A DNA stretch of 64,000 nucleotides from Anthoceros angustus. Lineage: Eukaryota > Plantae > Anthocerotophyta. Shown here one piece after another: positions 21,713 through 36,100 of the stretch. How positions within the stretch are numbered: position 1 is the stretch's first letter; every line of letters starts with the position of its first letter. The position numbers were made by a program, and so were the translations under genes. The stretch spans positions 372,001-436,000 of the forward strand of contig MU008155.1 in NCBI GenBank assembly GCA_010909165.1, in the 5' to 3' direction. The notes under the pieces were generated by a model that searched no databases, had not been told where the DNA came from, and saw only the letters and a list, made by a program, of their open reading frames with translations.

Positions 21713-22806
21713 TTATTGGTAACCATTGGCTTCAACAACTCCATTAGAGTATTTACGCCTGTCATTTTCTGCTGGTGACTCCTCAACGGGGTTAGCAGGC
21801 TCAACTACTTTTGAGGCCTTCCTTTTAGCTTTGCTTTTGGGTCCAGCATCAATTGCGGCCATAGTTGCCGCAATTGAAGCTTCAGCAGCAATTTGAGCTA
21901 ATCTAACATTAGCCGCTTCACATTCATTATAAGCTGCACCTTCAGCAAGTAAATAGGCAAAAACGTCTTCACCTTCTTGACCTTTTGCTTTTGCCAAATA
22001 CAAAGGTGTGAGCCCAAATATGTCCTCTTTATTAAAGTCTGCACCATATTGTACCAAGAGCTCTGCTACTTTGTCAAGAACTTGATCTATTCTCTTAGAA
22101 TTTATGAACCTAATCTAGTGAATCTTTCAAAAAAGGCCATTTGCATAGGATACGGACTATACCCAAATTTCCCGATCTTGCAGCCCAATGGATTGCCATC
22201 CTGCAAAGTTTAAACGAACAAATATTGAGATACATTAAGTATGAAAAGAACTATAACACATGAATGGATATGATGTGCAAAATGCCTGCCACTATGTTGG
22301 TCTGCAATGTGGATACTAGCACTGAGGCGGATAAGAGCTGCACATGCGGGGAGATGGCCGCAATCTGCAGCCCATATAAGGGCCGTTCTTCCATATTTAT
22401 CCTGTCAAAAGAAATGCCCATTTGATGATGCAATGACAAACATATATGTATCAGGTGTAGAGTGAAACTTTACAAATCCAGGGAGTGCACAATATTTCTT
22501 GAAATTCAATTTATTTTCCTAGTATTACATGAATCTTTTTACATTAATTTAATACATATGCTGAAGGAGAGCACCAGACCCTCTGGAGCTAACCTTAGCA
22601 TCAATATCAAAATCCCTAGTGGTTGAAAATCTATAAATAGCCTTAGTATCTCCTTGTTCCGCCGCATCAAACAAGGAGTTGATGTCACTTCGCACCGTTT
22701 TCAATTCATATATTGAAAATAAGCGATTTGGCCGAGCTGCTTTGTCTGTGAGCCTAACAGCAAATCTTTTGGTGTTCGCTGCAATGGCTGCTTCCATAAT
22801 CTGCAC
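21713..22806 (-). CDS. Small ankyrin-repeat protein (5' end uncertain, may extend to ~23053)
   Basis: LFDAAEQGD, DKYGRTALIWAADCGH, GRMAIHWAARSGNL, LVQYGADFNKEDIFGLTPLYLA across exons. Confidence 0.82.
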
Positions 22807-23703
22807 TCATGTGAACAGCTGCTGCTCCACACTACTCTTGGGCAATATTTTGATACCAGCCATACCATCCTGCCTATGATTTTGTGCCCGATGTACTATT
22901 GAAATTCTTCTGTTAGGTCACCTAATTTAAAACAACAAAGCTTTGAGTTATAAATCCAACAACCTTGTACCCAATGCTGCACCCACAAATGAGCACACAC
23001 GTCTAAAGCTTTACGAAGACCACCTCCTCCGCATCGATCATGGACATCTCCATGTCCAACAAAACGTTTTGATTAAGGTCCCTAAAGTTTTGTCTTCCAT
23101 CACATCATATGAATCGAAATAGGCCATATCAGTGTAACCCTAGAATGAAGACCAATGAAGAGCGCTTGTATGGAGAAATGCAATCCAATTTCTTCGGCTG
23201 AGAAGGTGGAATAAGAAGAGCTGAATGAGGAGAAGTGGGGTTGTTGCTGGAGGGCTATGCCACGTGTGTATGGAGAGGGGTATTAGAAGCAGGAGTTAGC
23301 AAGGGTAAGTACATAGTGGCCTTTGTAGGCTGTATAAGTGCATAGTGTGGGTTAGTAGTAGCTACCCAGTACCTTAATAAACCTAACTAAGTATGTGTGT
23401 TAGGTACAGTAAAAAAAGTGCGTCAAGAGCTGCCAAGTGCGTGAGCGAGCATAATTATTAGAAGCCTATAGAGTCCAAGGCAAAGCAAAGGCAAAGCAAC
23501 GCAACGCAACGCCAACGAAGACAGCCTTAGCCCGGGGCTCCGGCCCCCGCGAACCGACGAACCTTTTAACCTTGGCTTTGGCTTTGCCTTGGCCGGGCTT
23601 GCCTGGGACATAGCCGAGGCGAGCAAGGCAGGCGGGCAAAGGCACAGAGAGCACGCCTGGATCGCAGGTTCTGTGTTGATCTGTGTGGCGCACGCCATCG
23701 GCG

Positions 23704-26700
23704 ATGGTGGAGCCGGCGGTGCCCGATGCAGTCTTCAGAACGGACGCGGAAGATGTGGCCATCATCCGAGACGTGCTGGCCGTGCAGCATGTGCCCGTCA
23801 TCACCACATTGCACTGGGAGAAGCTTCAGACTCTGCTGCGCTCGCTCTGCGACCGGATCACCATTCAGGCCCTCTTCCTGCCCCAGCCCCAGCCCCTTTC
23901 CCTGCTCGCTGCATCACTCCCTGCCTGCTGCATCTCTCCCAACTGCTTTCCGTCTCATCCTTGTCTGCATGCTCTACCCGTGGCCCGGGCCGGGCCGGGC
24001 CGGAGCCTGTTTCCAGAATCGGGGGCAGGCTCCTGCATCCAGCCCTGAGCTTGCCAGCTTGCCATGGCACATCACATTGTCGGGCCCTGCTACTGCGACA
24101 ATGCGCGTTGCTTCTATTTGTGCCTGGGTGTCTCATGGAAGTCTGCACGCGCCAGCCTCAGGATTGGATTCCAACATCTTCTTCTTCATGAGGCCCTCTG
24201 CCAGGGGGTCTCCATATTGGAGTGGCCGGTTATTATTATTACATGGGGTGCTCAGCAATTGGTCTCCACCATCGTTGCAACATCTGTCAAGTAGCTTCGC
24301 AAGCAACTTGTGACACGGTCTCATTATCATCTACTATCCAAGACTGTCTGGTATTTTGGCCCCTCACATCGCCTTTCGTTATGGCGTGCTTGGAATTTGC
24401 CACTCCGCACATGCTATCACACGTAGCTCTGCTTGGCATCTATCTCAAATTTTGTGCTGCCTGGTGGGGGCTGGGCTTTGTTTGGGACGTCCGGTGTGGT
24501 TCCTGTCCACAATTTCTGTCCTCAAACCCCTCCCGACGTCCTTCGCCAAGAATCTAAACCTGTCGGGTACTCTACTTTACAGGGAACACGCCTGGATAGA
24601 GCGGAGGAGGTGGGGAAGACTCTAGCTGGCCTTCAGAGCGAAGTGAACCAGCTGAGGTTCGTTTCTCCCACGTCCTGGCCGGCTGCTTTGCCTCCTGCAA
24701 CATCAGGATGATACCATGGGCTCACCCTCACCGTGCCCTCTTTGCCTTCTTTCTGCCAGTCAAAATGCGGCAGGTGCTGCAGCTAGGGACAGCAAGGATA
24801 GTGCTGAGCAAAAAGATTGGGCCAAGATGATGGAGGATCGCCTTGCAGGACTGGAGCGAGGGTACGTATGCTCCGATGAATTCATGGGCGTGCGTCATGG
24901 ATTTATGTAGGTTCGGTACGCTCACCCCGTGCTCTGTTGCAGACTAGAAGCAAACGCCAATAATGTCAAACAACTTGGGGACAATGTTGCTGTTTTCAAA
25001 AACATCGACATTTCTCAACTGCAGTCCCTTCCTCCCCGTGTTGATGCATTGGAGCATTTTATGGAAGACTCCAAGCATTTCATGGAGGACACCAAACATT
25101 TTATGGATGACACAAAGCACTTCATGGATGACACGAAGCACTTTATTGAGGATTCCAAGAATTTCATGGATGATACCAAGCATTTTATGGATGATACGAA
25201 GCACTTCATGGACGAATCCACCCATTTCATGGAAGCAACTAAGCACTTTATGGAGGACTCCCAGCACTTTATGGAGGATACCAAGAACTTCATGGACGAT
25301 GTCGACAAAGACCAACAAGAGCGGGAACGTGCAGACAAGGAGCGGGCAGATCGTGAGGCTGCTGCAAAGGCTCTGGCTGACAAGGAGAGGGCTGAGAAGG
25401 AGCGGGCAGATCGCGAGGCTGCTGCTAAAGCAGGCTTACCTCCACCACCGCCACCACCACCCCCACCTGTTGTTGTGCCTGATCCTCCGAAGGTCGAGTC
25501 ACCAAAGAGGAGGTCGTCCTACGTTCCTGACTTAGCCACAATACAGATGTTAAAAGATAAGCTCGAGTCTTTAGGTGCAGATTTCAAAGCCCAAGGTCAG
25601 AAGGTTTCCAACCTGGAATCTCAGGTACTCTCAGCTCCACATGTCGTGCTACTACCACCAATATGCAGGCTGTGTTGTTGACCGATCACTGTGTTTGGAT
25701 GCCTGTGCAGTGTGATCAGCTGAAGGAACTGTTGCAGCAGACAACCAAAGCACATTCCCTTGACCTCGAGGCCTTGCAAAAGTCATTACGTGTAGGTTCT
25801 ACTGACATGGCTTACATGGAACGACTTCAATCTTTTGGAGATAGTCTGTGGACCATATGTTCTGCATGTCCCTCCCAGCAAGCCTGTGCAGCTGGTTGCA
25901 TAGGCGATGAGGCAGTGCTTACCTTCCTTTATAACCTGCTAACTGTTGGTATGGCTTATCAGACCTTGCGTTCAGACTTCGACTCCAAGCCCTTCCTGGA
26001 CTTGAATCTTGCCGGGATGAAAAGCGGGGACAAGACTGCAGGACCTGCAGGAACTGCAGACTTATCTGTTCTCGAGGCAGCTGTGGCTGATTTACAACGG
26101 CGCATTCAGCGAAAGGCTGACTCTGATGATGTCGAACAACTTTTGAGGACGTCCGATATCACGAGGGAGGTATGCCACCTGCTGAATCGGTGGTTAGGTG
26201 TCCTTCTTCCCATCAAAATTTTGGATTAGTGTGGTTGTAAAAAGCCGTCGAGGTCCCCTTTCTTCTCAGGCTGTTGAGAAACTGGGAGCAAAGATTGAAG
26301 AGCTCCAGGAGCATTTCAGGAAAGGGTCAGTGAGCTCTGGAGCAGCTATTGATGAACTCAAGATGCAAATCAAGAGGAGTTCTCTTTTAGCTGCTCCAGA
26401 ATTCAGTGTGAGGAGTCTGACAGAGCTGTTGTGCACTATCCTGCACTATAAGCTGAAACCATCCAATCTGTATCCATCATGAGGATGGAGATTTGTCGCT
26501 GAAGTCAACCAAGTGCCTGTTATATCTGGAGCAAAATTCTTTGGCATCCAGGCCGTTGAGTATTGTACATTGTGGTAGCTCATATCCCATGTTTCTTAGT
26601 ACTGATGCTCCCTTGGGTGATGTAAAATCAGAGGAGAGGAAGTGTTGTTTCAGATCGCCTTGACAAACGATGCCAGAAACTGGAAGATGACTTAGCAGCT

Positions 26701-29700
26701 CTGGTAAACACTCACTAGTTGTTTGCTACCAAATAATGATTCTGTCAGTGGATAGACGATTTTCATGCCGTGTGTTGCACCAGTGATTCTAAAGCATCTT
26801 ATGCTGATGTGGGTGATGGATATCTACATTTCTAAAAGGCTACTTCTTTGATAACTTTTGGACACACTGCTCAGTAGCAGGTCTGCTCATACATGACTCT
26901 TCTTTGACTTTGTAGGAGCTGAAGGTGGCTGGGAAAGTGGACAGTGCAATGCTGGATGAATTACGATTTAAAGTCACTGTTGTTGAGGGGAAGCAAGATC
27001 AGGCAGCAAAAGCACAGGCCATGGTTCCTCGAAGGGATAGTGAATCAATCTTGTTGAGGCTGAAAGTGAGTCAGGATCTTCTTTCCATCTGTCTCAGGGT
27101 ACGGGCTCGGGTGTGAACTATTGGATTTGAGGTTAATAAGCTCCTTATGTGCACTTTCAGGATTTGATCTCCAACAAGGTTGATCGGGATGAGTTTCTAC
27201 AGCTGCATGTACTTCTTGAGGCCAAGGTTAGTACAAAGGCCACTGTCTGATATGCTTTTTCCAATCTGATCTGAGGGAGCTGATTTTGCTTGCATCATAT
27301 TATCAGAGTGCTGGGGCAGCTGGAACCAAGACAGGTCCGCAGGAGGTATAACCATGGCCTAACTTCCTCCTCCTAGATGTTTATATGTAACATTGTATCG
27401 TCTTTCAAGTTGACAGAAGTGAATGTCCAATTACATTTAGAATTGACTCTGAGGGGGAGGTGAGAAGCATGTATCTTAGGCATGACAGGTTGCCATGGCT
27501 GAGAAAGATGATTCTTATCTGCCCCTCGCTGTAGCACTCATTTAAAATTTGGATGTCATTTTTATGGTCTCTTTAGTCTTGAGAATTTCACTGCTGTATA
27601 CTCTTATTTATCCCGAGCTCTCATTTGTGCAGGAAGGTCTGGAATTGGAGCTGCAGGGCCAGGTGAATTGTTACCTGGAATTTGTTGTTTGAATCGATTA
27701 CATGCATATCCTTCCTCATGGTACTCTGTAGTTCCATACGCGCCTCTAGGGACAACCACTTTCCTCTCAAAACACATGCTGAGATCCAATTTTCATGGCT
27801 AGGGCCTCATGATATCAGCTGTGTTTCGGCAACTTGAATCATTTGGAAAGTGTGTGTGTGCATTAGCTAACAAGGGGCGCTGAACTAACCTGCAGAGGCC
27901 GGATGCAATGAAAGAAGCAGCTGCTGCCCAGTTGCTTCAGGGACAGAGCAGCAAGTTTAATGAATTGCGTGCAGAACTGGATAAACTGAAGAAAGAGATG
28001 CTCGAACTGGTAAGCCCACACAGGATGACTTGTTTGTTTCCTACTCCTGCTGTATACAAATCACGCTTTCAATCTTTTCATTGAAACCAATTGTGCTACT
28101 GGTAACAATACCATGTGTCTCTGCAGTCTGAAAGGAGCGACTTGGCTGTTCTGCTGGCCCGGAGGGCAGAGAATATTGTGCAACCTGTAGCAACTCTTCA
28201 TGATGGTGCTGGCCGTGATATTAGTGCTGGTTCAGCAGATGATGAAACCATTGCAAAAGCAATAAATGACCATGCTGAGCGAATTACCGAGTATTCAGAC
28301 ATGTTGTTACAAATGGAGGTGAATTTTTCTTCCACTTGTCTTTTGCAGTTGCTTTCCTCAACTGCAAAAGTCTGTGATCTATGCCCTCCTACTCGGAGGA
28401 TCCTCCTAATCCCAAAGCTTGAAATACAAGAGATGTCAGTGTAGAGATGGGTGTAGTCAAGCTGCAAGTGTAGTTTGGGATTTCAATAGATCATGTCTCA
28501 CGAAATGTCTGACCTTCATAACTTTGTTGAATGCAGACCCTGATGTCCAGCAAAGCAGATCTGGCTGGATTGCAAGCCTTAAAAAACGCCATCGTTGATT
28601 TGCAAAAACGGAAACAGTCCAGAATGTCGGGTATACAAATACCAGGGCCACCTCAGGAACTAGTCTCCAAGGTGATGATATTACGCCTATGTGCATTCTA
28701 GAGTTGCATTGCCCATGTTTTTGGTAACATGCCTGGTGTATGTTTTTAGAGATGCATTTCCACTTATTGTTTTTTATAATCCTGTCGATGACATGCAATG
28801 CTTGCTGACAATCTTGATAGTTTTTCGTGGTGATTAGGTGGAAACTGTGGCGGACTACATGCTTCCGGAAGAGACCACAGAGACTATCAAGAAGCATGAC
28901 ATGTTGTTGACCCAGGTATGCAAAGTTCAGGTTGAAGGCCGTACGCCAAGTGCCCTTCTGGCCTGTACAAACTATGTACTTACATTGGCGCGAAATTTGC
29001 AGCTTTCCAAGAACGTGGAGCTTTTGAATCAGGCTGCTTTCATCATGTCTGGGCATGACCAGCCTCAATCTGCATTTGATGACTCTGGACAGTTTGCTAG
29101 TGACTCTGAGGAACCTGTTAGTGAGCGAAGATCTTCTGTTAGATTCCATGGGGATGTACCTGTAGACGGAGTCAGGCCTGCAACTGCCCCAACATATGAT
29201 TTTAGTCCTGAGACTCCAGGAGACAGACCTCCAATGAGACCCGCAACAGCAAGTGCAGCAGCTAGCAGACCTGCTTCAGCACCAAATGGCAAGGGTTTTG
29301 GGATGAACCCCGAAATGGAGGGGAAGTCTCGAGATTTTTCAGGGCTTGAAGCTTCGGAGCATGCTACCAGGCCAGCTAGTGGGCTGTCACATGCTATGCA
29401 AGATGGAGAGCATGGGCAGGGAGAAGGTCATCAGTTCGGCAATGATGCTTATGACTTGGGCTACGATCCAGCAGATGAGAACAATGCCACAATCGTGGCT
29501 TTGGAGGCATGTTCCACTCTTCTTAATATGCTTGGTGTTCCTGGTGCAAGAGGAAGATTCATCCTGAAATCTTCTAGTTTATTTGTGTCTGTATCACAGT
29601 CAAGCTTTTGATCGCTGAAAACGTCTTTCCACAGGAAGCTTTGAAGACACACAAGATTGAGCCAAAGCAGAATGTTTCTAAGCTGGCTAGGTGGGCTAGA

Positions 29701-30516
29701 GATATTCAAAAGTTGGGTGCAGACCTAAATATGCTACGAACGTTCATGCAAGACGGCCTTGCTCTCAAGTGTGACAAGAGTGAACATCAGGCAAGATCTC
29801 AATCCATCACAACCTCGTTGAATCTTGATTTGTTTCAGGTTGCATTCTGAATATGTACATCTTTCAAAGCCTGTGAAGCTTACAAGGGAGACACTAATGT
29901 CAACATGGTGTTGTGCACTTGAACCGATTTTGATCTTACTGATGTTTGGGGGTTGCAGAGACTCGCAAAACTTGTGAGAGACTTCATTGCAAGAATAGAT
30001 GGAGAGAAGGCCATGCTTTCAGGCAAACCCCTGATTGGGTTTAAATGCATGTAAGCTTCTTTCCATGATAATGTCCCAGCCCCTTTGTTTGTGTGGCACT
30101 ATGTTATCACGTCTAATACATGAACACTCGTCACTTTCTTTCAGGTCTTGTGACCATCCACTTGAAAAGTTACTTCAGGGACGTGCGGATCATGTGCCCA
30201 CCAATTTGATGCCAAAGAACTGTCTTCCAATGCTTTCTGCAGAACGCATTTTCGGCAGGGTGAGTGTACGATGCAGATGTGCTGCATGTCTGATTCTTTC
30301 TTTCACTTGGTACTGGATCTGAGGATCCAGTTAATTGCTGTGGGGCTACAGGATAATAAGAGAGATGACAGCCCCCCAAGGTCTCCACCTGGTGGGGACT
30401 ACACCAGACCTGTATCGAGGAAAAATGGGTATGAGCAGCCAGTCAAGGACCGGAAGGTATCGAGTACAACTCCCAAGAGGGCCTCCTCTGCTGCGCAAAT
30501 GCGGAAACCCCAGTAG
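23704..30516 (+). CDS. Large multi-exon coiled-coil protein with a C-terminal DUF4795 (QRICH2/C16orf96-like) region; putative flagellar/sperm protein
   Basis: Many coiled-coil exons with KAD/KVD-type motifs (RKADSDDVE, GKVDSAMLD, KVDRDEF, SKADLAG, LKCDKSE), C-terminal AMLSGKPLIGFKCMSCDHPL, and RPATA motifs. Exon structure only partly resolved. Confidence 0.65.
25055..25306 (+). repeat. Coding 21-bp tandem repeat, 12 x (H/N)F(M/I)(E/D)xxx heptad (consensus HFMDDTK)
   Basis: Translation HFMEDSK-HFMEDTK-HFMDDTK... within ORF 24929..25681. Confidence 0.92.
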
Positions 30517-31349
30517 CAACCTCGGCAGGATGTATAATCGAGTCTGAGAACTCTGTGGAGTTCTCAGATTATTATCTGCCTGGTGGCAAGCTTCTATCGG
30601 CATCAAGAGGGGAGTTATTGTGCGAGTGGATCTCGTGCTTCCTAGCTTTGATCACCAGTCCGATATGCAGAGTTGCCTCCTGGCTGCGTTGATTCAGTTG
30701 ACTCGCGTGAAAGGTTGCACCACTAGCAACACCGAGTGGGTGCAGCTGACAATTTTGGCAGCAAACATCGAGTTTAATCAGCGTGTGTGAAATGGAGAAG
30801 GATGAGCTTGGGTGTGAGCATCTTATATATGCTTGGACAGGTCTTACCAGACGATTCGGTGAACTGAACCATTTGTTCCAGACTAGCCCATTGAGAGGGG
30901 TTGTTCACATCGGATGTTGGGTTTGGTGATCGACCCACGAACTTACTGTTAGCTGCTTGAACATCTTCCTGCATTGCAGTTGGATGTGCTGATCAGTGAT
31001 ATGTCATACATATATCACCAGAGAACTTTGAAAATGTTTGCAACATTGAAGGCTATAAAGGCTGGTGTGCAGAGTCAGCATTTTTGTTGTGCTGTCCTTA
31101 CCCTGTCCCTAATTTATGTAGTTATTTGGTCAAACTTTTTATTTTCACGTGAATTTTAAAAGTGTGGTGTTTTACTTAGTCATGCGACAAAGTTGTATGA
31201 TATTGGCGCTCCAGTTGGTTCAATGTGGTTCAGTTTTTGTTGGTTCTGTCGGTGGCGTCTGCGACGAAGAGCGCGACGTTGCCTCCGTGCTCGATCCCCC
31301 GATCTCCTGGATGCACATGCATCACTTCTCAAGTCCCCAACCATGGTTG

Positions 31350-31760
31350 CCTCGTCCAGCATGTCAGCATTGTAGATGTTTGACATGAGGATGTAGGATG
31401 CGCTGTGCATAGGTTCTACTGGGACAGCCTCGTGGGAAGCACATCGGCTCAGCTCCTGTTGCCATATTTCCAGCATGCGCCCAGTAAGGATAACCACATG
31501 CCAAGTTCATGTTGTATTGAGAGTTTCAGGATCATGTCTTCTGCTTCCTCAGGTGATTTGTTCGGCTTAGTAGATCAACGAAGCTACCATAATGCGGGAG
31601 GACGGTTCTGATTGCATGGTCTCTGTCCATGGATTCGAAGAACTGAAGGTCCATGTCCAGTGTCCAGTACACCAGCATGACAGCTTGCAGTAAGGACGCA
31701 GAGGAATGTGACTGCATCTGGGTAACACTGCAGGGCTGGATTATACATGAAATCAGGGAT
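31350..31760 (-). pseudogene. Degenerate PLS-PPR C-terminal (L2/S2/E) fragment
   Basis: YPDAVTFLCVLTASCHAGVLD, FFESMDRDH, HSASYILMSNIY in different frames with stops. Confidence 0.7.
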
Positions 31761-32034
31761 TCCGTCTTGGTTTTGAGTTGTGTAACCCTGAGCAGGGGAT
31801 GGGTGGCGTGCGCCGCGTGCGCCAGGCAATGGATAAAGTGCAATACGAAAGCGACCTCTCGGGGTAGGAAGTATCTGTTAAGTGGGGAGTAGTTTAATGG
31901 GAGGGGTATGTTTCTCAGGGTTTTAGAACAGGGCAATGGAGGAACTTGGGTTGCCTGCAGTTATCAAACAACTATGACAGTCTCCAGCATGGACACATAG
32001 TGGTAATAGCTCACAGCACAACGTTCCTGGTCAG

Positions 32035-32165
32035 TATTTCAGCGAGAGTAGAAACAAGCAAGGACAGAGTTAGACGAATATCAGCATTTCAGCGAGAGTA
32101 GAAACAGGCAAGGACAGAGTTAGATAAATATCAGCGAGAGTAGAAACAAGCAAGGACAGAGTTAG
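32035..32165. repeat. Three copies of tcagcgagagtagaaacaagcaaggacagagttag
   Basis: Direct repeats visible. Confidence 0.85.
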
Positions 32166-32459
32166 TCCATGGGTCTGGAATAACGGGGTCAGCACATGAG
32201 ATGTAAATGATCAGACTCTATTGTATGATATGACTAGGAACCAATGCAAAGGGGCACTCTCAAAAACTCCACACAACATAACAACTCTCAAAAGCTCTAC
32301 ACAGGAAAACATCTTTTGTATATTTACATGCTTAAATAAAAACACGTCATTCGGCATTCAAAAGAGAAGGAAAAACTCTCAACTCCACATTGCCATTATA
32401 TGTTTAAATTATATTAGGTATATCGTGATACAATAGAATTTTGGATCACATTTGACATT

Positions 32460-32700
32460 GCTGTTTATGTAAGATCAAAACTAAAAATTTCACAAATATT
32501 CCTAATATGCATCAAATGTATGAAACATTAAAAATACTGTTTGTTTAAGATCAAACCTAAAAAAATACACGAAGAATGCCTTCTTAACATGCATCAAATA
32601 TGTTAAACACTCATTAAAAATACTGTTTGTTTAAGATCAAACCTAAAAAAATACACGAAGAATGCCTTCTTAACATGCATCAAATATGTTAAACACTAAG
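32460..32700. repeat. AT-rich ~80-86-bp tandem repeat (two near-identical copies plus one degenerate)
   Basis: aaaaatactgtttgtttaagatcaaacctaaaaaaatacacgaagaatgcc repeated. Confidence 0.8.
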
Positions 32701-33195
32701 AATGCATTCATCACATGCATCATGCATATAGTGACGAAATCTAAACAACTTTTCAGATGTTAGAGTAATCTAAGTAATCTATAAAAGGTCTTTCACCAAG
32801 AAAACCTTAACAAACGTGTCCTTTTAGACCAATACGAAAACTAAGTATGATAAATTAAAGCCTAGAAGAAAAGACAAAGTCATAAATTTGAGTTTATATA
32901 TTAAATATTAAAATTCAATATATTATCTTAAATCATACATACTCTAACTAACAGGTATTAAGATATAAAATTCAACACCTGGCATACATAATATTACTAC
33001 GTAGGCACAGTTAAAACTACCATACGACAGCTCCAGGGCAGATGCAGCTCTTCGAGGGCAAGGAAGACACATAGGATTCTAGATTAGGTAGTTTACAGCT
33101 ATTATACACGAATCACCTAAAGAAATAAAAACTGACAGCCGGGAGTTGTTGATACGGAAAGAAGCAGAGAAGTTATGAGGATGCATAGGCCGAGA

Positions 33196-36100
33196 TCAGT
33201 AGTAGTTGCCGATCTTTCTGTGGTGAGACGCCGTAATCCCCTCCGGCTTTGAGACATCACCATTAGTGACCTCGGCGTAGACGATCCAATGGTCCGAGAT
33301 CTCCATTCGACTCACCACTTTAGACTCCATGTAAGCCAAGGCGTCCAGCAAGATGGGTGATCCGTTTGTTGCCACTGTGCACTCTACTCCTTCGAAGCGG
33401 TCCGCTGCACAAAGCATGGTGGATCAGAGACACTATTCCACAGCCACAGCCTCTGCTTGGTTTCGAAAGAGACATCGAGACATTTGGCTGAAGCTCAGGC
33501 CCAACTCCATGACAGTAACCAAAGGCCAATAAACCTGCCGACGGGCACGTACCTCCAGGGGGGAATCTTTTGAGGAAATGTTTCAGCAGTTTCTGATAGT
33601 TACCCTCCTCCAGACAGTTTAGCACGAAAGTGTCTCCTACCTGCTCATGGCTAGCATATTAGCTCTGCAAGGTGGCACTAGTACAAGTTCGCGGCAGGTA
33701 AAGGGGTTGAACTTACCTGCATGAGTGATTCAATGGCACGGTCCTTCGCAACAGCGATTGTGAGCCCCAGGGGCTTAAAGCTAGCCTGGAAGAAGAGCCA
33801 AACCAGAAGGCAAGGGTCAAGCATCCAGATCCTACCAGCAACTTGAACAGAATTTATAAGCTTGACTAGCCCACCTGAGACACCCAGGACGCAACCATGG
33901 CACCCTTCGAATCTCCTTTTTGAGCTGTGACAACATACAGCCCGCCCGAAACTCTGGCTATAGCTTTGGCAACATTTAATGGCATACTTGCTTTCTTCAA
34001 TTCGATCGCCTTCTTTTGAGAGAGCAGCTGTCCCAAATCAGTGCCAGCCTCTTCAAACTGCTGATACCTGCCAACGTAGAGGCAAACCACAAAACTAAGT
34101 AGCCGCACCACACCTCACCTACAAGCAGGAGTCCACCCTACAAGTATAGAAATGTTTCTGCCACCGATGATGATTTGACGGAACTCACGTAGCTTCAGTG
34201 GGGCTCTCTTTCACCCTCAAAGGAGGCAGTGGAGAGTTGATGCCAAGCTCCACAAAGCGACGTAAAATGGTGTCCACAGGTTCATCGTCACCGCCGAAAC
34301 TCTCAGCGATCACAACTGGCTGATAATCAGTGCACAAGCCATCAAATAAGACAGGTGCTCCAATGGATTGGGCTGCGGAATCAGAGTTTCCAGTCAAAAA
34401 CGTAAACAAGTTATCACCAATCGGAGCAACAAGGGCATATACAATCGTTCTGACCTGCTTTGGCTTCATAGCTGCATACAAGATATTTACAGCAGCATGG
34501 GCAGCACCAGAACTCGGAGGTGCCAGAATGACGACGGCTCCACTTTTGCCTACACATTCAATCAACTCCTGCGGATCTGCTGCCTTCAAGTCCATCATCT
34601 CGACTCCTGTGTTGGTTTTAGTCAACCCCCTGGCAAGGGCCTATTCCGACAAACAGAAAAATGTCAGAGCTTAATAGTTCAAGCAATAAAATGAAACCTT
34701 CAGATACTCAAGGACAGCCCTGCTAAAGAAATTTCTATCAGCTAGACATACAGTGACAACAGAGGAGGTGGACCTGAGACAGACGGTCACTGTATCCATA
34801 GTCAGACACATAGAGAACAGCAGCAGACGCCAGTTGCTTTTCGAGAGCCTGTTTGCTCCAACTGTCGTACTTATTTATCAACTCAGCCACATTGTATCGA
34901 AGAAGGGGACCATGCCCTGTGGCTATGAGACTGAAATCCATGTCTTTTATCCTCTTCAACGCCGTAATAGCAGAGCGTGCATTAGGCTTCATCAAACAAT
35001 CATAGTAGAAGCGGTAGTGTGGCTCAATCGTGACCAGGTCCTCATCATACACCTGCAGATAGTTAAGGGAGGGACTAAGGCTGCAGACTTGCAGGGATTT
35101 CATAAATAAGCAAAGAAAATGCTGAGCAAACAAGCCCGCATGCCACACAACAGCCTCCAAGCAAATACAAAGCTCCCATCACTTACCGCTTCGGAACAGT
35201 AATGCATACCAAATGCATCACAAGTAAACAGAACGCCAGCTCCCCTGTCAAGAGTGAACATTGTATCGGGCCAGTGTAGATTAGGCGCCATCACAAACTC
35301 CAACACATGTCCTTTACCAAGATCCAAAGTATCTCCGCCCTATCCAGCCATAACAGAAGAAGTTAGTCAACACTCACAGAGAGCACTCACTTCTTCTCTA
35401 GAACTGTCAATGCAAACGCACCTTCACAATCAGGCTCTTGAAAGGCCGCAGAACAAGGTTCGCCAGAAACTGGATGCAAACTCGTGACCCGACAACTGTA
35501 GCATTAGGCGCCAAGTTCAACAGCTCAGGGATCAATCCACTGTGGTCCGGCTCAGTGTGGTTCGCAATGATATACTGTATGGCAGCGGGATTGATTTCAT
35601 CCTTCAGAGCCTTGAGGTAGAGGTCCTTAAACTTCTCATGCGACGCGTCGATGACAGCCAGCTTATCGCCTTGGATGATGAAGGAATTGTATGTGGTACC
35701 ATTCTGAAGGCCAAACTCGCTGGCACGCACAAGACAAGATCATGTCCGTTCAGAGTTGCAAATCCAAACAGAACAAACACGAGAACGCTACCTCACCACA
35801 CTTCACAAGGATGGACCGGCTCCGACGCACATCAAATCGACGAGACCCGGGAAGCAATTTAGGAGAGAAGGTTTGGTGTACAAACATGTCAAAGCGATTG
35901 CGGTCCCAATCCAGGGACCGAATGGTTGTGATGTCAGGAACCACCGGGCATGTCTGAGTCTGCAGCCTCTTACCCTCCTGCCACAGCTCAATTTTGGACA
36001 GCTGAGGAGGCTCTGCGAGCGCGGCCCCCATCGCTCTCGCCCCGCAGCTCCCATTCCGCCCGCGGCAATGCGCTGGCCTGCCGAAGCAGCTGCGCCTGAG

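Noticed and set aside
23423-24625. Numerous overlapping short ORFs
   Set aside because: GC-rich first exon and intron of the DUF4795-like gene; no recognisable motifs.
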